A DNA stretch of 64,000 bases from an uncultured archaeon (GCA_964493385.1 CAZBNW010000003.1:6509-70508), one strand, 5' to 3'. Counted from the stretch's first letter, positions 8,745 to 17,796 are shown. The notes: generated by a model not told the origin, from the sequence alone. Made by a program: numbers and translations.

Positions 8745-9134
8745 ATGATCGCTATAAAATTGAATCAAAATATAAAACTATTAAGAGGTTTCAATTCATC
8801 GCTCCGTTTTTTTAGAAATGTGACAGAATATAGTAAAAAAAGTGAAAGTGTGGAGCATATTAATAATATATCTGCTATCCTAAATCCAGTTTGTAATGTA
8901 ATAGAAGGGAATCTCTCAAAGTCAACTAAGATCAATGAGGATAATATTATTAAAACACTCAAGAAAAAATTTAGAAATAATTGGTTAAGTTATAAAAATG
9001 AACTATTAAATTTAAAAACAAAATTGGATTCAGAAAGATTTTTTTTAACTGAGGATGATTTCACTCTTTTAAATGACATTGGAGACGCGATAAACGTTGA
9101 ATGCATTAACTTATTTAACAGATTAAATGAGTGA
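8745..9134 (+). CDS. Small hypothetical protein in the pAgo operon (no recognisable motif)
   Basis: ORF in the track (8709..9134). The start is uncertain: ATG 8709 overlaps the pAgo gene, TTG 8730 follows GGAGGTG, and ATG 8745 is also available. The stop overlaps the next gene start (GTGA at 9131..9134). Confidence 0.4.
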   Translation: MIAIKLNQNIKLLRGFNSSLRFFRNVTEYSKKSESVEHINNISAILNPVCNVIEGNLSKSTKINEDNIIKTLKKKFRNNWLSYKNELLNLKTKLDSERFFLTEDDFTLLNDIGDAINVECINLFNRLNE

Positions 9135-10279
9135 TTATAACGAGAAAAAATATTAAAGCGATTATTATAGAACAAATAAATAGAGGAAATAAGTTAAAAA
9201 ATTTAATAAATGGTAATCTTGATTCTTTATTAGATAATCTAATTAACAAATGTATTTTTTTAATAAATGAAACCTTGGATTATCTTAATTTTCTATTAGA
9301 TGAATTAGAAAATAATCAAAATGTTGATATAAGAAATTCATTTAGAGATGTCCGTATATGCATTATCCTTTTGAAAGAATTAGAGTATTATGGTATATCA
9401 GCGCTATATCATCAAACAAATGATTTAAAATATATTAACAAATTAATTCACGATATCCATCAAGAACTTTCATTACCTCTCGATCCTCCATCAGCTGCAT
9501 GTATCTCAACAAAATATTACTATTATCATCCATTAACAAATGTTATATTTATGCCAATTGGAGAAACTAATTCATTATTGCATTTGCCAGATATTTTTCA
9601 TGAAATTGGACATGAAATCCTACATTACAGTGAAGATAATCCTGCACTTGTTGAGATCCATAGTAGCTATTTAATGGCAATAGAAGAAATTAATATATAT
9701 TATAATAAAATAATAAATGAAAAGAGAAGAGAAACAGGCTCTAAAATCATTATAGAATTGATTGAAACAATTCATTCTTATTGGAAGAATAACTGGATAA
9801 ATGAATATTTTTGTGACTTGTTTGCTTGCTATTCATTAGGACCTGCCTATGTTTGGGCACATTTTTTTTTAACACTAAAAAGCTCGGATAATATCTACAA
9901 ATTTTTAATCCAATCACACCCATCGGATGACTCAAGGCTTCTATTTTTATTATATACCTTAAAAAAAATTGGATTCAATGAAGAAAAAACTACCATATCA
10001 GAAAACTGGAATAAAATGCCTTTATCTATAGATGTTAAACCTGAAAATGAGTATAAATATGCATATCCTAAAGATTTAATGTACAAAATAGCAAAAATAT
10101 TTTTAGATGGTCTTGATAGATCTAATTTTTTGAAAATAACAGATAAAAGTTTAGATAATATGACTAAGGGTAAGGTTGTGCGAATATTAAATGATGCTTG
10201 GAAATCTTTTTTAAAGGATCCTGAAAAATATGGGGAATGGGAAGACGAGATCATAAAAGAATTAAAATCTGGTATGTAA
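9131..10279 (+). CDS. HExxH zinc-metallopeptidase-like protein (possible ImmA/IrrE-like)
   Basis: LPDIFHEIGHEILHY (HExxHxxxH) followed by NEYFCDLFACYSLGP, which recalls the E-x-x-(N/D)-x-FA-x-x-L-x-P segment of COG2856 proteases. The spacing is longer than I expect for that family. Confidence 0.5.
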   Translation: MIITRKNIKAIIIEQINRGNKLKNLINGNLDSLLDNLINKCIFLINETLDYLNFLLDELENNQNVDIRNSFRDVRICIILLKELEYYGISALYHQTNDLKYINKLIHDIHQELSLPLDPPSAACISTKYYYYHPLTNVIFMPIGETNSLLHLPDIFHEIGHEILHYSEDNPALVEIHSSYLMAIEEINIYYNKIINEKRRETGSKIIIELIETIHSYWKNNWINEYFCDLFACYSLGPAYVWAHFFLTLKSSDNIYKFLIQSHPSDDSRLLFLLYTLKKIGFNEEKTTISENWNKMPLSIDVKPENEYKYAYPKDLMYKIAKIFLDGLDRSNFLKITDKSLDNMTKGKVVRILNDAWKSFLKDPEKYGEWEDEIIKELKSGM

Positions 10280-10311
10280 AAAATTTGTTTTAGATTGTAG
10301 TTTACTAATTA

Positions 10312-10656
10312 CTAGCAACTTTGAGTATACACACTCTGACTCGCACCGTAATAATTCTCATAAATATGAAAATAAACTACATCACATTTTTCGTAATAAG
10401 TTATTTCATCATAAATTGAAGGTAGATCTTTATCAAGAACCACTTCTATAGTATTTCGCACAGCAGCTTTTGTTTGCTGTATCTTTCTCCAATCTAAAAC
10501 CAATTTCTCTCTTTTCAAAACATCCAACAATTCTTTAGCTACCTGCTTTACTATATCATTTTCTTCTTCAGTAAGATTTTCTGAAAGTACTCTATTTTCT
10601 TCTTTATCCAATTTTTTAATAAAAGCTATTAATTCTTCAGAAACCTTAAGTGCTTG
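10312..10656 (-). pseudogene. hsdR: Remnant of the C-terminal domain of a type I restriction enzyme R subunit (hsdR)
   Basis: LTEEENDIVKQVAKELLDVLKREKLVLDWRKIQQTKAAVRNTIEVVLDKDLP...Y matches my memory of the conserved HsdR C-terminal (DUF3387-type) region. The frame is open for only ~115 codons, bounded upstream by TAG at 10657..10659. There are no helicase or nuclease domains, and the first listed codon is TTG. Confidence 0.6.
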
Positions 10657-10758
10657 CTAAAATTTTAGCATTGATTTTAAAAAGAAAATTTCATTTATCT
10701 TATTAATCCGATATATTAGATAATTATCCGTTAATTATTATTTTATAGGAATTCAAAT

Positions 10759-13632
10759 ATGAGTGTATTAGATAAAGATTGGAATTTTAATATTAGAGAT
10801 ATTAATGAAATCATAGACAATATTGAGAGTAGTCGCAGTTTAATTAAAAATGTTTTCGCATTTCATAAAAAAAGGATACAACCAATTTGGAAAGACTGGT
10901 TAATTGATATAAAAAAATGGATTAATTCAGAAAAGCAATATAGTTTCAATCATAATATGACGAGATTAGAAATCTTGATTTCAAAATCATATATTTCTCA
11001 AATTCTAAAAATTGATTCTTTTATATCTTTCTTTTTTAATTTTAATGAGAAAATTGTCTCTTCTAAAATTGAGTTAAAATTATTTGTTATAAGGTTTATT
11101 GAAGCTTTTGAACACTTAGATTTAGAAGATCATAATTTAATTATAAAATTCAAGAAGTTTACTAAATATTTAATTGAATTAATTGGAAATAAATTGCGTA
11201 AAGAAATATCTTACGAATTGCTAAATAATTACTTGTCTCTCTTAAGACTAGTTTTTCCCTTATTAACTATTGGAGAATTTAGCAGACAAGAGTTTCTACA
11301 ATATTTTTCAATATTTGATGAGTTTCCACTTAAATATGATTTGATAGAGAAATATCAACTTCTCTTTAGTTATTATATTGAAATTGAAAATAATTTTGAA
11401 GAAATAAAAAATTTGTTTTTTCATTTTTTAAAAATTCATAGAAGAAAAGAAATCTACGATATATATTACCCTGATCCAACAAAATTTTGCAGGAATTTTG
11501 AAAATAGATTTAGAGTTAAACCAAAAAATTTTGTGTTCAATACTTACTTAGAATTTTATAAGAGTTCTACAACTAATTTTATCCCACCTCTTTTTCTGAA
11601 AAAAAAAAGCCTGAATAATCCTATAATATTAAAAATTATATATAACAACCTTCAAAAAGAAAGATTCACCAATAGAGATTTAGAACAATTTTTTAATCAT
11701 TTTGTTCTGATCCACCCAAAAAAAGAGAATTTTAATTTATTTTGCTTAATAATATCTACATTAAAAAAACAGAATTTTCCAATTAATTTCTATAAAATTT
11801 ACGATTTAAAAAATTTTGATTTATCTGAAAAACTTATCCTAATTAATAAAATAATATCATTTAAGCCTGATTTTTATTGGAATAAATTACACCCTAAATA
11901 TCATAAATATTTAATTTCCAAAGAAAAGAATCTAAAAGTGGAAAAAAATTTAAAATTATATTTTAGGTTAATTTTAAAATTGGAGAACTACTCAGATTTT
12001 GGAGATTTTTGTTTTAATTTAAGAAATAATTTTTTTAAAATTAATAAAACTTTCAGAAAAAAATTGTTATTAGAAGTCGAAAAAATCTTAGATCTTAAGG
12101 AATTTTTATTACTAAAACGTTTATACCAGATAATTACAACAGAATTTTATAATATTTACAAAATAAATAATTACAAATCTTTAGATGAATTTATGTTAAA
12201 AGAATTAGATTCCAATTCAAGACATTTAAAAATTTTTCTTTTTGAACAATTTATAAGAATAGCAAAAAGAAATGATGATAGATTAAGTGGTAGAAAACTA
12301 TTTTTAGAATTCCAGAGATTTAGTAATAAAATTAATGAAGATGAAAAGAATTTAAATGATATTTTCAATGAATTTTTCTATAAAGATTATTATAACAGCT
12401 ATTCTATAGAATACGATTACTTTTTTACATTAATAGAATCAAAAGATAAAAAACTTCTAAATGATTTTATTGACGACCAAATCAAAAATGAAGAGAAGAG
12501 AATGATAAAAAATAATGAGAAACTGGGAATATTTTATTTTCTTAAAGGAGATTTACAAAATTCTTATATTTCAGTTGAAAATGCAATTTCTAGTTATGGA
12601 AAAACAAATATTCTTGTAGATATTTCAACAAATACAGTTGAAAATATAAAAAGATTGGCAAATTTTAAAGAAATCATAAGATTAGAACAAAATTTAAAAA
12701 ATTATGGGTCAATTTCAGATTTTATTAATGATTTAAAAGAACCTTTAACCTATTTTAAAAATAACAGTAACGGACTCATAGGATATTTCTTAAATTTTGA
12801 GATATACAAACATTATCATAATATTTATTGTTTCTTGACCTTAATAGATAATTTCGAAGCAAATATTATTGATAATAAAGAATATCTGAATGCCTTATTA
12901 AATTCGATTTATAAAAAATCAAAATTATGTATTGAATGGGCTGATATAAAGAAGTTATGGGAAAATAAAATTATTAACAAATTCAAGGAGGATGAATTAT
13001 TAAAATATGCTAAAATGCAATATGAAATCTTTAGTAAAAATCCGTTGTTAAATGGAATAAAAACATTTTTAGAAAATATTCAAAAACTAGGATCAAATTT
13101 GTATTTTTTGTTTAATTTTGATCCAGATAATTTAATCCATAATTTTAAAGAAAAATATCATTTGTTAAACAATATTTTTAATGAAAAATATCAAGATTTT
13201 TTATTTTTACCTCTAAATTACGAAGATCTTGATGAATTTAATAATATTCATTTGCCTTTTAAAAATATGCGAAAAGATTTTAATTTTTTTGTAATAACAC
13301 TGTCTAAAGCAATATCAGATTCTATAAATGTAAACCTACTTAAATCCGAACTTGGTATATCAGATTGGGATAAAGGTAGAATAAATATACTTGAAAATTT
13401 TATAGGAGAAAAATTAATTACAAAGGGAGAAACGATTAAAAAAATAATGTTTGGATTTAGAGAATTGAACAAACTACGATCTCATTTTGGGGTTACTCAC
13501 CGAAAACATCGTGATTATAAGAAAATTTTAAATAATTATTTGCTTCCAAATCTTTCAAAAATAGAAATTTCGAAGAAAATTATTTCAGATTTAACGGTTT
13601 CATTCACAAATTTAATTGAATTAATAGGATAA
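10759..13632 (+). CDS. Large (957 aa) N/K/F/I-rich hypothetical protein
   Basis: A long uninterrupted ORF in very AT-rich DNA, where random ORFs of this length are implausible. The only motif I see is C-terminal ELNKLRSHFGVTHRKH (Rx6H, weakly HEPN-like). Confidence 0.6.
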   Translation: MSVLDKDWNFNIRDINEIIDNIESSRSLIKNVFAFHKKRIQPIWKDWLIDIKKWINSEKQYSFNHNMTRLEILISKSYISQILKIDSFISFFFNFNEKIVSSKIELKLFVIRFIEAFEHLDLEDHNLIIKFKKFTKYLIELIGNKLRKEISYELLNNYLSLLRLVFPLLTIGEFSRQEFLQYFSIFDEFPLKYDLIEKYQLLFSYYIEIENNFEEIKNLFFHFLKIHRRKEIYDIYYPDPTKFCRNFENRFRVKPKNFVFNTYLEFYKSSTTNFIPPLFLKKKSLNNPIILKIIYNNLQKERFTNRDLEQFFNHFVLIHPKKENFNLFCLIISTLKKQNFPINFYKIYDLKNFDLSEKLILINKIISFKPDFYWNKLHPKYHKYLISKEKNLKVEKNLKLYFRLILKLENYSDFGDFCFNLRNNFFKINKTFRKKLLLEVEKILDLKEFLLLKRLYQIITTEFYNIYKINNYKSLDEFMLKELDSNSRHLKIFLFEQFIRIAKRNDDRLSGRKLFLEFQRFSNKINEDEKNLNDIFNEFFYKDYYNSYSIEYDYFFTLIESKDKKLLNDFIDDQIKNEEKRMIKNNEKLGIFYFLKGDLQNSYISVENAISSYGKTNILVDISTNTVENIKRLANFKEIIRLEQNLKNYGSISDFINDLKEPLTYFKNNSNGLIGYFLNFEIYKHYHNIYCFLTLIDNFEANIIDNKEYLNALLNSIYKKSKLCIEWADIKKLWENKIINKFKEDELLKYAKMQYEIFSKNPLLNGIKTFLENIQKLGSNLYFLFNFDPDNLIHNFKEKYHLLNNIFNEKYQDFLFLPLNYEDLDEFNNIHLPFKNMRKDFNFFVITLSKAISDSINVNLLKSELGISDWDKGRINILENFIGEKLITKGETIKKIMFGFRELNKLRSHFGVTHRKHRDYKKILNNYLLPNLSKIEISKKIISDLTVSFTNLIELIG

Positions 13633-14256
13633 AAAGAAAATCTCAGCAAAAGATTATTATCATCATCCATTAACAAATTTTTAATCCTATATAAAGAATA
13701 CAAATCCATTTAAATATGTTTTAAAAATGAATAAAAAAAATAAAAAAATTTATAATTTTATTTATAAATGATTTGATTGGATTATATTATATTCATAAAA
13801 ATAATATAAATAGAATAATAAAAAAAGATTTAATTTCTTTACAAATTAAATCTAAAAATTTAAGAATTGGTTATGTTTGGTTATTAACGATATAATGACA
13901 AAAATTAAGGATAATACATTTCTTTTAAGGAAAAATGAAGAATTTTATTCAATTTATCGTGATAAGATAAATGATCCAAATTTAAATAATAATTCCACGA
14001 TCCTTGATTTGGCGGAAGTTTTAAATTTAAATGAATATATTGATATTGAATTATGGTCCTATAATAAAATATATAAAATTTCCAATGAAATCTTAATATT
14101 ATTAGAGAAATAATTAAGAGAAATAAAAAGAAAATTAGGAAGAATTGAATAAATATGATAAATTGCAGGTTTAACATATTCTGATAATTAATCTTTTTAA
14201 TAAAATATCAGGGAGTAGAATTTAAAATAGAAAATAAAATTAAATATGAATTAAAA

Positions 14257-15651
14257 ATGACAAATAGGATAAATAAAGAAAAAAATCGATATTCTTGTTC
14301 AAATAAGTTTAGAATTCAAAATAATCAAAATTATTGTAAGGATTATTCTTTAAAATATAATATTTGTAATCTTTTACCACAAGTATCTAAATATTCTACT
14401 TTGAATCTGATTGAAGATCTAAAGGGGGAAATTCAAAAATATCCTGAAATACTATCTCAGATTTTTCCAAATAGATATAAATATAATCATAAACAATTTT
14501 CTTTGTTTTGGCGTGGAGGAAGAAATATAAATTATATATCTAAGCTTTTGGCTAAGTCTAAAAATGAAAAAAATTTTTCGCTGGATGAGAGAGATTTAGA
14601 CTTATTAGAGGAACATTTTAAAAGAAAGTTTGGAAATCGAGTTACAAATTACTATCATATAATAAACCAATATAAGAATTCTAAAATATCATTAATAATC
14701 TTTATTGAATTGATAGAGTTAGAATTGGGTAAGATTTCAGGAGATGTTAAGGTAACTTACGGAGAACTTGCAAGAATTCTTGGTAGACATGAAAATTATG
14801 TATATCATATAAGAAAATATATTTTGAGTCAAAACAATAGACGATATAATCCAAACTATAAATTTGACTTAGAGACTTTGAAAGATTTTAAGACAAATCT
14901 TAGAATAATATTTAGGAACAAAGCGAGAAATAGTTTATCATATATTGATAAATATATCCAATTGAATCCGGATTTAAAGGAATATTTATATGAAAAAGTA
15001 ACGATAAAAAATCCTCATTTTTTTAAAACGATAGATTGTGAAAAAAAAGCATACTGGTTTGGTTTTCTATGTGCAGACGTAAAAATTACTGGAAAAAAAT
15101 ATGGTTACATGATTAGGCTGGAACTCGCGACTTCCGATCGAGAACGTCTAATAAAATTTGCTAACGCCATAGGTTTTGATGTTGAGAGAATAACGGACAG
15201 AAAACGTTGGTATTATGATAAGAATGGCATCTTAAAACTTAAAAAATCTTCATATATTCAATATAAATCAAGAAGTATGTTGCAGGATCTACTTAAGAAT
15301 GGACTTTCTACTTCAGCGAGTAATAGAGGATTGCCAAATTTTGTTTGGAATCTCAACAATTCAAATTTAGCTTTAGCTTTTCTGTTAGGATTTTATGATG
15401 GGGATGGTAGTTGGTTTGGAGGTTATAGTGCGGAAATTTATTCTTCTAACAAAGAAATATTAATACAAATTAAAAGAGCCTTTCAAATTGAATATCCAGT
15501 TCGCAAAACTAAAAATAAAGTAGTTGATAGCTTTACCGGAGAAATAATCCACAGAGCAGCATATAGAATAACTTTAGGCGTCAAACTCTTTGAAAAAATG
15601 ATTAAAAGTTATGATGGTAGCATGAAACGAAAAAGACCTTCAGAATTTTAA
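14257..15651 (+). CDS. Free-standing double-motif LAGLIDADG endonuclease-like protein with ~250-aa N-terminal extension
   Basis: YWFGFLCADVKI (degenerate motif 1) and LAFLLGFYDGDGSW (canonical motif 2) lie ~110 aa apart. The N-terminal part has an HTH-like VTYGELARILGRHENYVYHIRKYI. Confidence 0.7.
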   Translation: MTNRINKEKNRYSCSNKFRIQNNQNYCKDYSLKYNICNLLPQVSKYSTLNLIEDLKGEIQKYPEILSQIFPNRYKYNHKQFSLFWRGGRNINYISKLLAKSKNEKNFSLDERDLDLLEEHFKRKFGNRVTNYYHIINQYKNSKISLIIFIELIELELGKISGDVKVTYGELARILGRHENYVYHIRKYILSQNNRRYNPNYKFDLETLKDFKTNLRIIFRNKARNSLSYIDKYIQLNPDLKEYLYEKVTIKNPHFFKTIDCEKKAYWFGFLCADVKITGKKYGYMIRLELATSDRERLIKFANAIGFDVERITDRKRWYYDKNGILKLKKSSYIQYKSRSMLQDLLKNGLSTSASNRGLPNFVWNLNNSNLALAFLLGFYDGDGSWFGGYSAEIYSSNKEILIQIKRAFQIEYPVRKTKNKVVDSFTGEIIHRAAYRITLGVKLFEKMIKSYDGSMKRKRPSEF

Positions 15652-15808
15652 AAATATTTAATTTCAGATAAGACTTGGCAAGTATTACTTTTTTTAACTT
15701 AGATTTAGTAGTGGGTTATCATTCCCTTCATAGAATTAGTAATCTTAATAATTTGTTCCAAATTAATTAAGATGAACTGTTAATGTTTATAATCTCAAGG
15801 TACTTAAT

Positions 15809-17146
15809 ATGAAGAAAAAAGTTATAATCGTTGGAGCATTAGGTTACGATTTTCATGTTTATAACACAGTTTTTAAAGACAATGAAGAATATGATGTTGT
15901 TGCATTTACTATTGCTGGCGAACAAAATGTTGGTACAATAGAAGGTGCTGAAAGATCATTCCCTGCTGAACTTGCAGGAAGACTCTATCCAAATGGAATT
16001 CCAATGGTATCAGAAGAGTTGCTTGAAGATATAATAAAAAAATATGAAGTAGATGAGGTTGTTTTTGCTTATTCTGATGTATCTCATGAAGAGGTAATGC
16101 ATAAAGCATCAAGAGTTCTTAGTGCTGGAGCTAATTACAGATTAATCTCTGGAAAATTTACTCAAATTAAAGCAAATAAACCGCTAGTTGCTATATGTGC
16201 TGTAAGAACAGGTTGTGGAAAAAGTCAGGTTTCTCGAGCCACTTATAGATATTTAAAAAATAAAGGTTATCGAGTAGTAGCGATTCGAGAACCTATGCCA
16301 TATGGTGATTTAGTTAAACAAAATGTCATGCGTTTCGAGAAGTATGAAGATTTAGACAAATATGATTGCACTATTGAAGAACGCGAAGAGTATGAACCCT
16401 ATATTGAACAAGGTCTTGTAATTTATTCAGGTGTAGATTATAAGAAAATAATTAGGGAAGCGGAAAAGGAGGCTGATGTAATTATTTTTGATGGTGGAAA
16501 TAATGAGATTTCATTCTATGTCACTAATTTACTATTTATTGTTGTTGATCCATTAAGACCTGGTCATGAAGTTAAATACCATCCCGGGGAAGTCAATGCT
16601 AAATACGCTGATGCTTTTGTTATAAATAAAATGAACAGTGCGAAGCCAGAAGATGTCAAAACAGTCGAAGCTAATTTAAATAAACTTAATCCAAATGCAA
16701 TAAAAATTTACACTAACTCGGTAGTTACTGTTGATAATACGCATAAAATCAAAGGCAAAAAGGTAATAGTGGTAGAAGACGGTCCAACCTTAACCCATGG
16801 GAATATGGCTTATGGAGCAGGATATGTCGCTGCTAAAAATAATGGTGCAGTAATAGTTGATCCAAGACCTTATCTGACAGGAACAATGAAAACAGTTTTT
16901 GAAGAATTCCCTCAAATTACTGAAATCGTTCCAGCAATGGGTTATAATGACCAACAAATTAAAGATATGGAAGATACATTGAATAAAGCAGAAGCTGAAG
17001 TTATAATTGATGGTAGTCCGATAGATCTTGAGAAATTAATAAAGAGCAATAAACCAATTGTAAGAGTCAGCTACGATATCGAAGCCATAAAAAGTCCAAA
17101 AATAGAAGAAGTGCTTGATAAGTTTATTAATGAATTTTTAAAATAA
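15809..17146 (+). CDS. COG2403-like P-loop protein (predicted GTPase / cyclic 2,3-diphosphoglycerate-synthetase-related family)
   Basis: P-loop-like AVRTGCGKSQVS in a ~445-aa architecture. The family assignment is from memory only. Confidence 0.4.
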   Translation: MKKKVIIVGALGYDFHVYNTVFKDNEEYDVVAFTIAGEQNVGTIEGAERSFPAELAGRLYPNGIPMVSEELLEDIIKKYEVDEVVFAYSDVSHEEVMHKASRVLSAGANYRLISGKFTQIKANKPLVAICAVRTGCGKSQVSRATYRYLKNKGYRVVAIREPMPYGDLVKQNVMRFEKYEDLDKYDCTIEEREEYEPYIEQGLVIYSGVDYKKIIREAEKEADVIIFDGGNNEISFYVTNLLFIVVDPLRPGHEVKYHPGEVNAKYADAFVINKMNSAKPEDVKTVEANLNKLNPNAIKIYTNSVVTVDNTHKIKGKKVIVVEDGPTLTHGNMAYGAGYVAAKNNGAVIVDPRPYLTGTMKTVFEEFPQITEIVPAMGYNDQQIKDMEDTLNKAEAEVIIDGSPIDLEKLIKSNKPIVRVSYDIEAIKSPKIEEVLDKFINEFLK

Positions 17147-17190
17147 TAACTAATTTTCAATTAATTTTTTTGAATTTTCATCAGTTTAAT

Positions 17191-17796
17191 TTATTTCGTA
17201 TCTCGAACCATTAACCACATTGGTAAATTCACTGGATCTGGCATATTTATTTTTTTGACAACATGAAACCCAAAATGCTCATAGAGTGACACATTCTTTT
17301 CATTTTGAGTCTCCAAATATATAGGTTTTCTTTCTATTTCAGATTTTTCTATAACTGCTCTTAAAAATTTTCCTCCAAAACCTTTTCCTTGAAATTCTTG
17401 TGAAACAGCCATTATAAATAGAAATATATATGGGTCAATATCAAGATCTTTTTTCGCTTCTTCTATTGCTTTAGAACTTGCCTCCATAATCTTTCTTAAG
17501 CTTGCTAATTTCAAACCAATAAAAAAACCACCACTACGTAAAATTCTCCATGTTGTCATATCACCTTTATCATGAGGTACAATTGCCATTACTCCTTCAA
17601 TATTATCAGATGACGCGAATACATTACCATATTTCATACAAAATCTAAGCATGATCTCAAACTGTGCACGGCGCTTATCTTCTTCTTTCATAAATTTTTC
17701 CATCATTGGATCATCAGAATATGCATTCACGAATACATTTACTGCTTTCTTAATATCTTCTTTTTTTAATTTATATAAATCGTTCATTAATGACAT
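17191..17796 (-). CDS. GNAT-family N-acetyltransferase
   Basis: VSQEFQGKGFGGKFLRAVIE (acetyl-CoA binding Q/RxxGxG/A) and IYLETQNEKNVSLYEHFGF. Confidence 0.8.
   Translation of the reverse strand: MSLMNDLYKLKKEDIKKAVNVFVNAYSDDPMMEKFMKEEDKRRAQFEIMLRFCMKYGNVFASSDNIEGVMAIVPHDKGDMTTWRILRSGGFFIGLKLASLRKIMEASSKAIEEAKKDLDIDPYIFLFIMAVSQEFQGKGFGGKFLRAVIEKSEIERKPIYLETQNEKNVSLYEHFGFHVVKKINMPDPVNLPMWLMVRDTK

Noticed and set aside
13877-14177. Two mutually overlapping small ORFs (78 aa on the plus strand, 90 aa on the minus strand) in the AT-rich spacer upstream of the LAGLIDADG gene.
   Set aside because: They overlap each other on opposite strands, have non-ATG or weak starts, and carry no motifs. The plus-strand one has a faint HTH-like STILDLAEVLNL segment, but that is not enough to call a gene.
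15809-17146. The COG2403-like P-loop gene read as the last member of the defence island.
   Set aside because: Its composition and conservation look like those of the core genes to its right. There is no nuclease or sensor motif, and it is separated from the LAGLIDADG gene by a 157-bp gap with its own TATA-like sequence.
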